The notes beneath the pieces were generated by a model. The model made no database searches. It saw only the letters and a list, made by a program, of their open reading frames with translations, and was not told the DNA's origin. DNA of 63,970 nucleotides, the filler included, from Klebsormidium nitens (taxonomy: Eukaryota; Plantae; Klebsormidiophyceae): NCBI GenBank assembly GCA_000708835.1. It is 6 parts of 6 records of this genome, joined end to end, with 100 filler letters (N's around TTAATTAATTAA, not from the genome) between each part and the next. Parts side by side here need not be neighbours in the genome. Positions count along the whole stretch, not along the records: positions 37,216 to 62,094 come from DF237463.1; 5 more parts are not named here. One strand, 5' to 3'. The position numbers were made by a program, and so were the translations under genes. Of the stretch, positions 47,651 to 58,309 are shown piece after piece (positions within the stretch are counted from its first letter, which is position 1; each line of letters opens with the position of its first letter).

Positions 47651-49600
47651 ATGGCGCAGGTGCCATTGGTCCTGATGATCTTAGCCATCCTTCTGACCTG
47701 CATTGCCTTCGTCTTGCTTGTAGGTGCAGTGATTAGAGGCTTCATATACAGGAACAGAATCCTGATTGATGTAAGAGCTCTAATTCACACTTTGGAGTTT
47801 GAGGCGGAGTCAAAGAGGAATTTGGAAACAGGACTAATCGGCGCAGACTTGCGGCTCAGATCGCGAGGTTTTGCATTAGTGAAGGATCTGTCGGATCCAG
47901 TAAGTGATGCGGCCAGTGAGGGTCCTAATCTGCATGAAGCAGACACTGGGGACAAGAAGGGCAAGAGAAAGGTCGAGGAAATTTGTGGGTGTCCATCAGG
48001 AGGGCGGGCAAGCAGCTCGAGCAGTGAAGCTGTGGGGCTGGCAAGCCAGCAGGAGGAGCAGCCTGCCAGCATGGATGAGGAGTGCGCAGAAGATGCAAAG
48101 GAAAGGGGCTTCCAGTCCAGGTTGATTTTTGACGACAAGGAGGTTGAAGAGGTCAAGGAGCCGGCCTTTATAAGTGCTCGCGGCGCCGTAGTAAGCACTA
48201 GCTGCGACTATTACCTCGGAACTCGCCACAAAGAGCCAGCTTTCGGGTGCAAAGTTGTAAAGATGCATCCAATCTCTCCACACTTGAGGGCCAAAGTGTC
48301 TACAGCTGAAGCAGCTCAGAGTCAACCGGAATCCGGTGTCTCTCAAACAGTTGAAATGACTGAGATACCTGATCAAGTAGCGTTCTCAGTCGAAAGCTGG
48401 GAAGGTGACAAGACACCCAAAGGCAGTTCCCTTGAACCAATTGGATTCTTTAGATCGGACTCCACAGCTCCCAGTGCTGAGAGTACTGTTGGCAGCACAT
48501 CAGCAGCCAGTCATGTGGAAAGCACGGTGGACCTGGAGACGGCATTCATTGGAGGGGTTAAAACCAAAACTCATGAGGAGCCCGACTCGATTTTGGATTT
48601 GAGTGAGGGTACCCGGTACCTCAGTATCCAAGCTTCAAAGCTGAACATTGAGTCATACAACTACAGGATTCTGCACCACTTGGCAGACGTATTGAGTCTT
48701 TTGTTGACGGTGATGTTATTAGATGTGCGAAGGACGCACGCGCACCACGGGGTGGTGACTTTCGCCGTGTCCTTGCACTTTGCCATGTGGTTCGCGGGGC
48801 GGCTGCTGTTCATGCTTCTGTTCCCTTGGCTAGAGTTATATGGGGCTGTAGATGCTTTGAATGCAGTGTGCCAGCGCAATGGCATAGTGTACAAACGGGA
48901 GAGGAGGAGAGCACGTTATAACAAGCATAACGCCACTGGACAGAGCGTTGAAAGTTTGGGTGTGGTAGATAGGGGGGCAACATGGCATACTTTGTTGTGG
49001 TTAGCTCCTCCAGGTGATAAGCTGAGGCACTCTACTTGGAGCAAGCATACAGGACTGGGATTGCAATATAGTGAAGCTGCTGCAACCCATGCAGAGTCTT
49101 TGGAACACCTCGCCAAAGCAACGGGATCAATGTACACCATCTGTGGGACTTATGCACTGGGGATCATTGCTGGGGCCATGACGCTCGCAGTGGTCAAAGA
49201 TTCTGCTGTAGCTATACCAGCCACGGTCCTGGCATTCATCATTGCGTTGCTCGGAACGGAGGTCACTCTGACTGCGGCTCGCGCGGTTGAGTTCGCAAGC
49301 TCGGTAATCAAAGCAAAGAGGGCGGTAGACATTCTGGCTGACATCAACAACAACGCGTGCATAATTGAAAGAGCAAGCCTTAAGAGGTATGTGGCCAGAA
49401 TAGGCAAGTATGGCGGGATAAGGTTAATTTATGGAATGCTCAGAAGGGAGGTGATGCCTCTCATACGGGCTTGTGGCTATAAGCCCAACACGGTTGTTCT
49501 GATTTTCTTGAAAAGGAATGCCGAGCTGTTTGTCCCGATGAAGGTGACTCCTACCCACAGGAAGCCAGCTAGGCGTTGGCCCGTAGCTGCATCCCCCTGA
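47651..49600 (+). CDS. Intronless orphan multi-pass membrane protein (649 aa)
   Basis: Intact long ORF with an N-terminal hydrophobic helix, a Ser/Glu-rich disordered middle and two later hydrophobic clusters. An AT-rich TATA-like tract lies at 47270-47350. Confidence 0.7.
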   Translation: MAQVPLVLMILAILLTCIAFVLLVGAVIRGFIYRNRILIDVRALIHTLEFEAESKRNLETGLIGADLRLRSRGFALVKDLSDPVSDAASEGPNLHEADTGDKKGKRKVEEICGCPSGGRASSSSSEAVGLASQQEEQPASMDEECAEDAKERGFQSRLIFDDKEVEEVKEPAFISARGAVVSTSCDYYLGTRHKEPAFGCKVVKMHPISPHLRAKVSTAEAAQSQPESGVSQTVEMTEIPDQVAFSVESWEGDKTPKGSSLEPIGFFRSDSTAPSAESTVGSTSAASHVESTVDLETAFIGGVKTKTHEEPDSILDLSEGTRYLSIQASKLNIESYNYRILHHLADVLSLLLTVMLLDVRRTHAHHGVVTFAVSLHFAMWFAGRLLFMLLFPWLELYGAVDALNAVCQRNGIVYKRERRRARYNKHNATGQSVESLGVVDRGATWHTLLWLAPPGDKLRHSTWSKHTGLGLQYSEAAATHAESLEHLAKATGSMYTICGTYALGIIAGAMTLAVVKDSAVAIPATVLAFIIALLGTEVTLTAARAVEFASSVIKAKRAVDILADINNNACIIERASLKRYVARIGKYGGIRLIYGMLRREVMPLIRACGYKPNTVVLIFLKRNAELFVPMKVTPTHRKPARRWPVAASP

Positions 49601-50209
49601 ACAAGTAATATCATAGATCGGACACTTTTTGGAATCTTAATAGTGTGCAGGCTGCACAGTAAGTTGGTATTAACTGTTGGGATGGCGCAAGGTGCAGAAC
49701 TACAAAGTACGTTGTGCATGATAATTTTTGCAACTTTTGCAACACATAAGCGAAAGCAATCTGTTTGCGAGCTTGACAATATCCTCCGACAATTTTATAT
49801 GTGGGCATGCGTTCCGTGATTGATGGAATCTATGGCGCTCTCACTGCGAGTTCCAGGTTGTAGGTGCTCGGGAGCACAGCAAGCTTTGTTTGAGCATAGG
49901 TGCCGAACCACATGACCTTTCTCCACAGCCTTTTCAAGCTTGATCTCGCAACATCAAGTACAGCGAGTACATGCGTAAGCAAATCTCTGATGTATGCAGA
50001 TATTCTACCATAGCCATCAGTACCCTTGAAGCCAGTCCAGATGTGGCATGGAGTGTCAACGGCCTAGCTGGCAGATGGGGTACTCTTCAGCTTCTGCTCC
50101 AGACGATGGAGCGCTTCCGTATACATCTCCCGGGTCCGGACACGACCCTATGCTCTTGCACGATTTCATCTTTGCTTATCCTGTCGTCTTTCTGTGGGAG
50201 GACCGACCT

Positions 50210-50971
50210 TTAGATATGACCAGCTTGCACCACTATCAATGTCTCGGACGATACGAGAGATACGCCAAACCGTTCAGCCCTCTGGTTACGTGTCTCGTGA
50301 CCTGCTGTCGTGGTGCTTGACTTTGAGGCTTTGATCTTTCGGGCTAGCTCCTCTGTAATCAAAGACTTATGGTGTTCCGCACCCCTGCGTATCGTTCCAT
50401 TGGCAATCTTGTCTTCGTAATAATCCTCTGATTGGGTCCCATACACCAAGTGACTCGGCTCGAAACAGAGGGGCTGAAAACAAAGGTGTCTGATGACCAT
50501 CCTGACACCATCTTTGTCGCAATAAGGAGGAGGATAAATCAAGTCGTTACGTAGCATGTACGCGGCCCTGTGCCTCTGTAGTCTGTGACCGCCAAGCGTC
50601 ACTGTGTTTGCTGTTTTAGCCACCAAACAACCATTTGGTAGACGGACTCCATGTCCCTTCAATCGAGTCCAGGCAGCTTCGCGGTTAAACCTGCCCTTTT
50701 TAGGCACCCTCTGTAGGTGCTCAATGTTGACACAAGAATTGTTCCCACAAGACCTCTGACAGGCATGGAACTCGTCGATGAGTTCGTCAGGGTGATGGAG
50801 GTCCCAAAGGAAACGGTGTACACTGACAACCCGAGTGTCCTTCTGGGGCGTTACACCAACACGGCACGATGCACCAGTTGTGTTCCCATTCCAAGGGAAA
50901 CAACCATTTTCATCAGTTGGACCTGTTCTGGCTTTCAATGCCGTGAAGAAAGTTGAGTTCCAGTCCGCCAT
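50210..50971 (-). CDS. Tandem HNH/His-Cys-box homing-endonuclease-like protein with a C-terminal HTH
   Basis: VSVHRFLW..CQRSCGNNSCVNIEHL and HRAAY..VIRHLCFQPLCFEPSHLVYGTQSED, then NGTIRRGAEHHKSLITEE..RAERFGVS as in phage or giant-virus HNH endonucleases. Intronless. Confidence 0.8.
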   Translation of the reverse strand: MADWNSTFFTALKARTGPTDENGCFPWNGNTTGASCRVGVTPQKDTRVVSVHRFLWDLHHPDELIDEFHACQRSCGNNSCVNIEHLQRVPKKGRFNREAAWTRLKGHGVRLPNGCLVAKTANTVTLGGHRLQRHRAAYMLRNDLIYPPPYCDKDGVRMVIRHLCFQPLCFEPSHLVYGTQSEDYYEDKIANGTIRRGAEHHKSLITEELARKIKASKSSTTTAGHETRNQRAERFGVSLVSSETLIVVQAGHI

Positions 50972-51075
50972 GCTCTGGCTCCTGCTTCTCAGGTAGAAAC
51001 TAAACAACAATGGGTAAACGCAGACCATATGAAAGGATCCTAGCCAAATGCACTTGAATTGCTGAGTCGTTTAAA

Positions 51076-51573
51076 TCATGCGAGGCTGAGGATGGTGGAC
51101 AACATGGTCTGTTTATCTATTGGCTTCCGACAGTAACAGTTCATCTCCACCTCGCGACACTTGATCGCATCGTTCTCCATGGCGTGTGCGTTTAACGCAA
51201 CTATAGGAATGCGGCCCGGCAATGCTCCTTCCGCTTCCAGCTGACGGATCTGCCTCGTAGCCTCATAACCGTCCAAGCGGGGTATCTGCAAGTTCATGAG
51301 TATTATATCGTAATCGAAAGGCCGTTCGCAGTAGATATCCAAAGCCACCTTTCCGTCTTCCGACATCGTGGCTCTGGCTCCCTCCTTGAGCAGGAATCGC
51401 TCCAGGATCTTGCTGATGCGTCGCGTATCCTCGGCCACCAACACGTGGATGCCTTGCAACGGAATCTCGTCGTTCTTCATGGTCTCGCTCACGACCTCCG
51501 ACCTCCTGATGGACGCGGATGGCACATCTAATTCTAACCAGAACCTCAGTCTTGAAGACCCATATGAACCCAC
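51076..51573 (-). pseudogene. Receiver domain of a hybrid histidine kinase with the phospho-acceptor Asp replaced by Asn
   Basis: HVLVAED, DIILMNLQIPRLDGYEATRQIR, IPIVALNAHA and YCRKPI. D>N, M>I and T>N changes at conserved sites; preceded by HATPase-end-like RFWLEL. Confidence 0.75.
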
Positions 51574-52491
51574 GGCACGCCGGGCTCATATTGGGCTACT
51601 GCTCTACCTCTATCCCTTGCACGATCCTGTCCGCATCTCTTGTCTTCTGCAAAGACAAGATGCAAAGACCTCGGATGGTCGAATGCTACATCTATCCTGT
51701 CGGATTCCAGGTACTTTGGGACACTCTGTATCCGGGTTATTATTATTGAAAAACAAAAGATCTCTATCCATCCCGGAAGTAGTACGGATTTTTAAACAAA
51801 AGCGCCTCTGATAGCAGAGATCATATTGCTTCAACAACGCCCGGGCGAGATCGAGGATTCGTTTCCATTGCTGCGGGTTCCTGAAGATTTTATGGACAAT
51901 AGAACAATCGACTACATCATCAACCAGAAGCCTCTTCTGCTCGACGACATACGTGTGATGCTCCGTGGAGGTCCACTCTGCCGCATCTCAAACAATTCGA
52001 GGCCTCGTAACAGCGTACCATAGCGAGGAGCTGGTGTTACTTATATTGATGATGAGAAAGACTTTGAGAGGGTCCAAAGGAACTACTAGAAGAGTTAAGT
52101 TGGAAAATCGGTCACATTTGGCGGGCAACACCAGTGGTTCCAAGGACATCCATGATCTAACGCTCAATACAGAAGTTCGAGATCGTTGCACCTAATTGCT
52201 TCTATTATAATTGATTATAATAGATAATATGCATATATATAATTTGCATATGCCCCCCATATGCAAATTGAGCAAAGAGGCATCCTAAATCGATCAGTTG
52301 CTGATCCATTTTCTCAATCAAGTAGAGGCCAGTGTATCCACCGACATGCTAGGAGCGTTTCCTGAGAGAAGAAGACAGACAAACAAATATTGTCTACTAG
52401 AGCAGGATGGAAACAGAAGAGCAGAAGTCTGAAGTAGCTTGACGGGGGCTCAGCTAAACTCCGTTTGCTCCTCTCTTGGATTTTAACTAGC

Positions 52492-52788
52492 TTAAATCCA
52501 TATGAGAAAGATTATGACCGCATGCTTTTGTGCATGTTGCATGTCAATAAAGTGTCCAAATCTCCTCCTGCATCCTGAACAAGATCCAACGTTCATGTAG
52601 TCATTGACATGCCAGGCTCGAATGGGGCATGCGCATGTGGCATAATCCAACAATTTGCCTGTCAGACGTCCACAATTGCGAAACTTTTCTACCCAAAAAC
52701 AATATGCAATGGTCCCATGCTTTATGCATAAAAACGATTGGCTGCTGTTCGACTTGTAGACACGGATCGTCGTTACGATATGCGTCAT
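52492..52788 (-). CDS. Small Cys-rich hypothetical ORF
   Basis: 98-aa ORF with CACP and CSGC motifs beside the primase gene; no family recognised. Confidence 0.3.
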   Translation of the reverse strand: MTHIVTTIRVYKSNSSQSFLCIKHGTIAYCFWVEKFRNCGRLTGKLLDYATCACPIRAWHVNDYMNVGSCSGCRRRFGHFIDMQHAQKHAVIIFLIWI

Positions 52789-53103
52789 TTGTTGGACGAA
52801 GTTGATTGTTATGACATGGATTTAGAACGTCCTAATGTTCTGATCGACCGAGGACTGCACATTCAATCAATTGGCAATGCGGATCTAAGAAGGGGGATAT
52901 TGCTATTCCTAGCACGTGCAATGGATCCGGTGTCAAAGACAACCACTTTGAGATCTCTGTCGAACTTTCTAGACAATGAGATGTGTTCTCCATATAAAGA
53001 AGCCGGATATTCTGCGCGAAACGTCAATCTGATTCTATATGAAGCGGAGCAAGTGCTTGGTAACGGCGTTGAACGAGGTTATACGGAAGTTATTCAAACG
53101 TAA
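52780..53103 (+). CDS. Small hypothetical ORF (~107 aa) converging on the primase gene
   Basis: MRHLLDEVDCYDMDLERP...EVIQT*; intronless, no family recognised. Confidence 0.35.
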   Translation: MRHLLDEVDCYDMDLERPNVLIDRGLHIQSIGNADLRRGILLFLARAMDPVSKTTTLRSLSNFLDNEMCSPYKEAGYSARNVNLILYEAEQVLGNGVERGYTEVIQT

Positions 53104-53177
53104 CAAAGCTCTGAAAGACTTCGTTCTCCAATGAGATGCTGTACATATCAGGGACTTGACTTATCTCAAGAACCTTG

Positions 53178-56100
53178 CTATCTTTTTACTATACTGTCTT
53201 TTGTTGGCGTGTTGAGCTGGAATCCTCGATAACCCCGGACTGAGTCTCCCGGGTTTGCAAATCTTAGCTTGGATGGCTTGTCTGGGCCCTCCAATCCCTT
53301 TTTCTTGCAAGCATCCGCGAACTTCCGATCATTGTGGATCGGTGGCACGTCGCTGTCGCCAAATCTCAAGCCGTCGACCAACCGATCCGGGTTGTTATAC
53401 GCGTCCATGAGAGTGCGCGTGGATTCGAAAGCCTTGATGTTCATCCTGCCTTCCTCCTGAAGGAAGGCCGCGAACGGATCATTTTCCTGCTCCCATGAGT
53501 GCATGTACGCCTTGCTGCTTTCGAGCATGTCAAGAAGCCTCTTCCCACTTGCGTACCAGTCCATGGCGCCTTGCACCAGAAATACCAATAGCTTTTCGGG
53601 CTCGGCCTTCAAGACGTCTTCCAATGCAAGGTCCCGGATGCCATGAAGTGGGTTGTCCGGATTGTAGCCCGCTTCATCCGGATAGAAAAAGCGCATTGGA
53701 AATACAAGCGTCAAGAGGCGTTGCTTGAGCGCTATCGTCCAGGTCTTCACCCGGGGAGGGTAGTTGGAGCAGAGAATGTGCTGCAGAGGGAATGAATCGT
53801 GCATAAGCATCCGCGTGCTTGACACTCATGAATACGGCAATTTTGTAAGGTGGTGAGTCGATGTCAACGTCCATTCTGTCTATTCATGGACGGCACAGAC
53901 GGCTAGGACCCCAGAAATGGAAAGCCCTGAAAAATAAGTCTCGGCTCCAAAGACCTACAATCAAGGCTCCAGGGCAGCTGTGCTGTCGTCCAAGATGAAT
54001 CTCATCTACCAAATGCTCTTCATGGACGGCACAGACGGCTAGGACAGCATAGCTGGAAAAAACCTTGGAATCTAATCTCGGCTTCAAGAACCTCGAATAT
54101 CGAGGCTCCTGGACGGCTGTGCTGTCCGTCAAGACGACTCTCCATCTTCAAAACGCTCTTCATGGACGGCAAAGACGGCTAGGACAGCATAACTGGAAAA
54201 ACCTTGGAATCTAATCTCGGCTTCAATAGAGACCTCAATTATCGAGATCCTTGGACAGCTGTGCTGTCCATCAAGTCGGATCTCCATCTACAAAAGGCTC
54301 TCTTCATGGACGGCACAAACGGCTAGGACAGCATAATTCGAAAAGCCCTTGGAATCTAATCTCGGCTTCGAAGACCTCAGGTATCGAGGCCCCTGGACGG
54401 CTGTGCTGTCCATCAAGACGAGTCTCCATCTACAAACACGCTCTTCATGGACGGCAAAGACGGCTACGACATCATAATCCGATAAGCCCTTGGAACCTAA
54501 TCTCGACTTTCAAAGCCTCGGGTATCGAAGCCCCTGGACAGCTGTGCTGTTCATAAAGACGAAGAGTCTCCATCTACAACACTCTTCATGGACGGCAAAG
54601 ACGGCCAGGACACTATGGTCGGACCTCTCTTAACATCTACAATTATTTGTGAGAAACCTTGCCGAAAATGCAACGACTTTTTAACGCTGGTGTTGTTCTT
54701 TGAAAAGGCTCCTTATTGAAAAAAGCTCTTGGCACAGAGAACCACAGCTTTTTAAGCACGGTTACGTTAGCTTTTTGCAGAAAAAAGGTACGGCTTTGCC
54801 AGCAGCAGACGTCGGTGACTTACCAGCTGAGTAGTGGCAAACGTGACGTAATCCGAGTAGAGCGCTCTACTCGTGATAGTTGCCTCTCCGGTCAGCCGCT
54901 TCACGTTGGCCTCTGAAAACTCATCCGTATCTTCCGTCTCCGCGCATTCAGCGAATCGTATGTTTCGTAAACCTGGAAAAAAAAATGCGTTTCAAACTTT
55001 CTGAATGTTGCACACATAATGGAAGTCATTCTCCAGGCACGACTTGTTGATAATCCTTCGAACATTCATCTTGCGATGAGCTTTGTACAAGAACTAGCTC
55101 CATCACTGCCAAGCGCTTGAAACAGTGGGCACGACTTGATATACATTTGTGCATAATATTTTTCAAGCGCAACACGAGATTTCGTCATCAAAGCCTCGCA
55201 TCCTGGCACACAGGTTTGTGAACGTACGTTCCTCACCTGCTTCCGCCGGATTTGCAGCACCTTTTCCAAGCCGGCCGTTGCTCCTTGGACGTTACAAGCA
55301 TGTCCTTCGAGACGTCCTTGTAGAACGGGCCAATCACTCGCTTCAGCATAGTCAATAAAAGGCTCTTTCCCGCTCCGCCCTCGCCGATCATCGTCAAAAT
55401 GACCTGGTTTGACGTGTGCCCCGTGATGCCGTACCCAAGAATGCGCTGGAGATAAGCAAGTGCCTCCGGAGTGTGCGTGATCTGACGAAGAAACTCTCCT
55501 GTTCTGCCCAACGGCGTAGCAAGCCCGGTCGACGGCCACCAGACGGGGAGCTTGAAAGACCATAGATACTGCAAGACAACACATAAAAACAAAAGAATCG
55601 ATACCAAATGCAATACAAGACTATAACTCTCAAGCATTTGCATCAACCAAGCAATCCAGATGCTTCGGGCCGTTGGTAAACGTTATTATGGTCAATAATA
55701 CAAAGAAAGGCCACATGCTATTCGAACCTGTGGCAGGAACATAAAAAGAAGCACACTTGAGAACGATGGCAGTGTGCATGATTGCTGAAATTAAGACCAA
55801 TGAAATGCTTTACTCAAGAAGAAGCGGCCCTGACAGGTCATTACAAGTCAGGCCAATTCGAATGGAGTTTCAAACAAAGTAAACCGCAGCCTTAAATACC
55901 CACCTTCGGATGGTGTGGCACCAGAATACCGCTCTTTAGCAGTACGACGCCGTTTTGAAGAGGAAGCGCATCCCTGTTGGTATTCAACGCTTCTTCACAT
56001 GCCGGCTCCAAGCAATAACCTTTTAGTGTTGTCATAATCTGGCTCATCTTGGCGTTGAAGTTCAAGTTTGCAAGCTTCTCCTTTGTAGATTTCTTCTCCT

Positions 56101-58212
56101 CCTCCGCTTGCGAACTCTTGCCATCGGCATCCGACGCAATCTTCTTCTTCTCCTGCTTTTTTGTTTCCATCTCCATCTTATACGCCTTACTGATCTTATT
56201 GAGCTCTCCGCGGCAGATCTGGCTCGCAAGCCGTCCGTTTACGTCCACCGCCCAAACCGATCCGTCATAACAAAACCACTTTTCGTTGCAGAAAACGAGC
56301 TTGAACCCCGTGTACGTTTGCAAGCGGTCGATGATCAATGCCCCTCCTTCATCACCTGAAAAAACGTCTTCGACCTGTCATCGGCAACATTTGATTGGCG
56401 AGTGGCACCCTGACGTCTGTATTCACACGCGGCAAGACACTTTTCCTGGGAAGGGATTCGAGCAAGACTACTTGCAAGTCATGCATTTTGAGATCTTCGT
56501 TTCACAAACAGGCGCCGATCTCGATTTCCTTCAATTTCTTCTTCAAGAGTAACACAAGAGACGCATATTGGCTCAGGTCTGCATGATCGCAAAATTTCTG
56601 CTTTCAAGTTGTTGATGATGAAGCAGACCTCGTGCATCGGTGACTAGGCGCGCAGGCTTTGGCCATCAAATTTGAAACTCGCCTTCGAGATAGGCGTGTT
56701 CAACCTCTGGATTTTGCATTTGATGTTTGCCCAACTTGGACAAACTTCTAAATCTTTGACTTGATAGCAATTAGTGATGATGTTGGTCGAAGCGCAGCTA
56801 CTTTGTCGAAACCGTTAGTTTTCGCCACAAAAATCGCAAAAGCAGAACTTGCAAGAGGTTGGTGATAGTCACCAGACCTCGGGCATCAGTGACAGGCGTA
56901 GCGTGCTGGCTTGGCCACCAAATTGGAAGTCGTCCACCAGTTGGACAACCTCTGGATTTTGCGATTTGATGTTCATTTCAGAAGCTGTACACTGGGAATA
57001 CAGCTTCTGGGGCTTGTCACATTTGATAGCAACTAGTCGTGATGGTCTTTGAAGCGCGCCTCACCTGCCGAAACCGAAAGGTTCCGACGCAAAAACCAGA
57101 GGGGGAGCAGTTCTCGATTTTCGTATAATCGATCGCGGTCGCTGTTCAACGGAGAAGCGTCGGAAAAGGCTGCGGCCACCGGGAAGCGGAGACCCCCGAG
57201 TTTTTTGTTTCTCTTGCCGTCGCCAGTCTTGCACCGTTGGCTGTGGCATACGTAGGTGATTTCTGTTCCTCTTCTGAGCAGACCAAAGTTGTTGCTTTCT
57301 GTGCGGCTGCGCCCCCGCTTCTGCATACGGACACACCCGCCCTCCCACATCATTTCGCCAGTGGTACATCACGGCCCCTAAAACGGGAACCGTGCTCGGC
57401 TCCGCCTTGGAGAAGATAGAGGAATTGTCGCCAAAACTGCTGAGCATGCCTCGCATTGCCTTGACCACGTCTTGCTGCAGCTCAAGATCCAGTACATCCG
57501 GCGCCTCAAATTCCGCATTAGCTCTCGCGCTAGGCATGGGCGCAATGGAAAGCTCGGGTGGCCCTTTCGAGCGTTGCCTCGAACGCCTCGACACTCGCTC
57601 GTTGAGAATCTCGATCAACCAATTCGGGAGAGGGGGCAAATCTTTTGCTGGGGGGAGCTCGCCTCCGCCGACAACTGAATATCGTGCCGTCTCACCGAGT
57701 CGCTCATATCACGACCGGGGGCATGCGATCATGCCGTTTGAGCTAACACCCCTCATGTCGACTCCCACCTTCTTCAAAACCGCCTTTCCAGAGTCCGGGT
57801 CTCGGACTCTTAGCTCTAGCTTTGCAAAGTGGGTCGGTGTCTCTGCGCCCAGCCCCGACTCAAGGCTTCTCTGATGAGAGAAGTAGATGTGCACCCCCCC
57901 GCTGCCCGTACGCACTCGAGGAGCATCAAACGCGCCGTGCTCTATCTCCCAAATTGCTAGCTGCTCCATGCCCCCGTCACCGAGGTCAAAGTCCAGCACG
58001 AGGATACCAGACGCCGCCGTGTTGATCAGCAGCGTATTGTGATGGGGCTGGAAGAAGTGGTTGGTCAGGCAGTTGGCTAAGGTGGACGCCTGCCATTTTG
58101 TTGGGGGCTTCATTTCTTTCCGTCCCTTCCCTCCCTTTGCCTTGGAATCCCACTCGGTGTCTGCCGGGAACACGACATAGCCTTTTGCGACCAAGTCGCG
58201 AGCCGCAGCTCC
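53178..58212 (-). pseudogene. Intron-containing Prim-Pol/D5 primase-helicase gene with 3 apparent lesions
   Basis: Exons 58212-57065, 56355-55904, 55568-55237, 54972-54824 and 53780-53178 join by GT-AG introns into ~895 codons: ILVLDFD, RTGSGGVHIYF, PLQNGVV..PHHPK|YLWS, GEGGAGKS, GAANPAEAG|LRNIRFAECAET, FATTQL|HILCSNYPP..KQRL. Lesions: TGA at 57709-57711 and +1 indels near 57297 and 55284. Confidence 0.85.
53885..54612. repeat. Tandem array of ~140-bp units (5 full plus 1 partial) inside the last intron of the primase gene
   Basis: CATGGACGGC anchors at 53885, 54021, 54161, 54305, 54446 and 54587 (spacings 136, 140, 144, 141, 141). Confidence 0.9.
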
Positions 58213-58309
58213 CTGCACCAATTGCACACATCGTCAGTATCAAAAAGACACATAAGTCTGCAACCTAGTTGTGAGCCCACAACATAGGGTCGAGTTTAGC
58301 CCTACCAAG

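Noticed and set aside
50040-50260. Possible DUF4504-like fragment (FAYPVVFLW)
   Set aside because: Only a short motif resemblance in fragmented frames; not enough to call.
53885-54612. CRISPR-like array
   Set aside because: Whole units are homologous with no unique spacers, there are no cas genes, and the context is eukaryotic.
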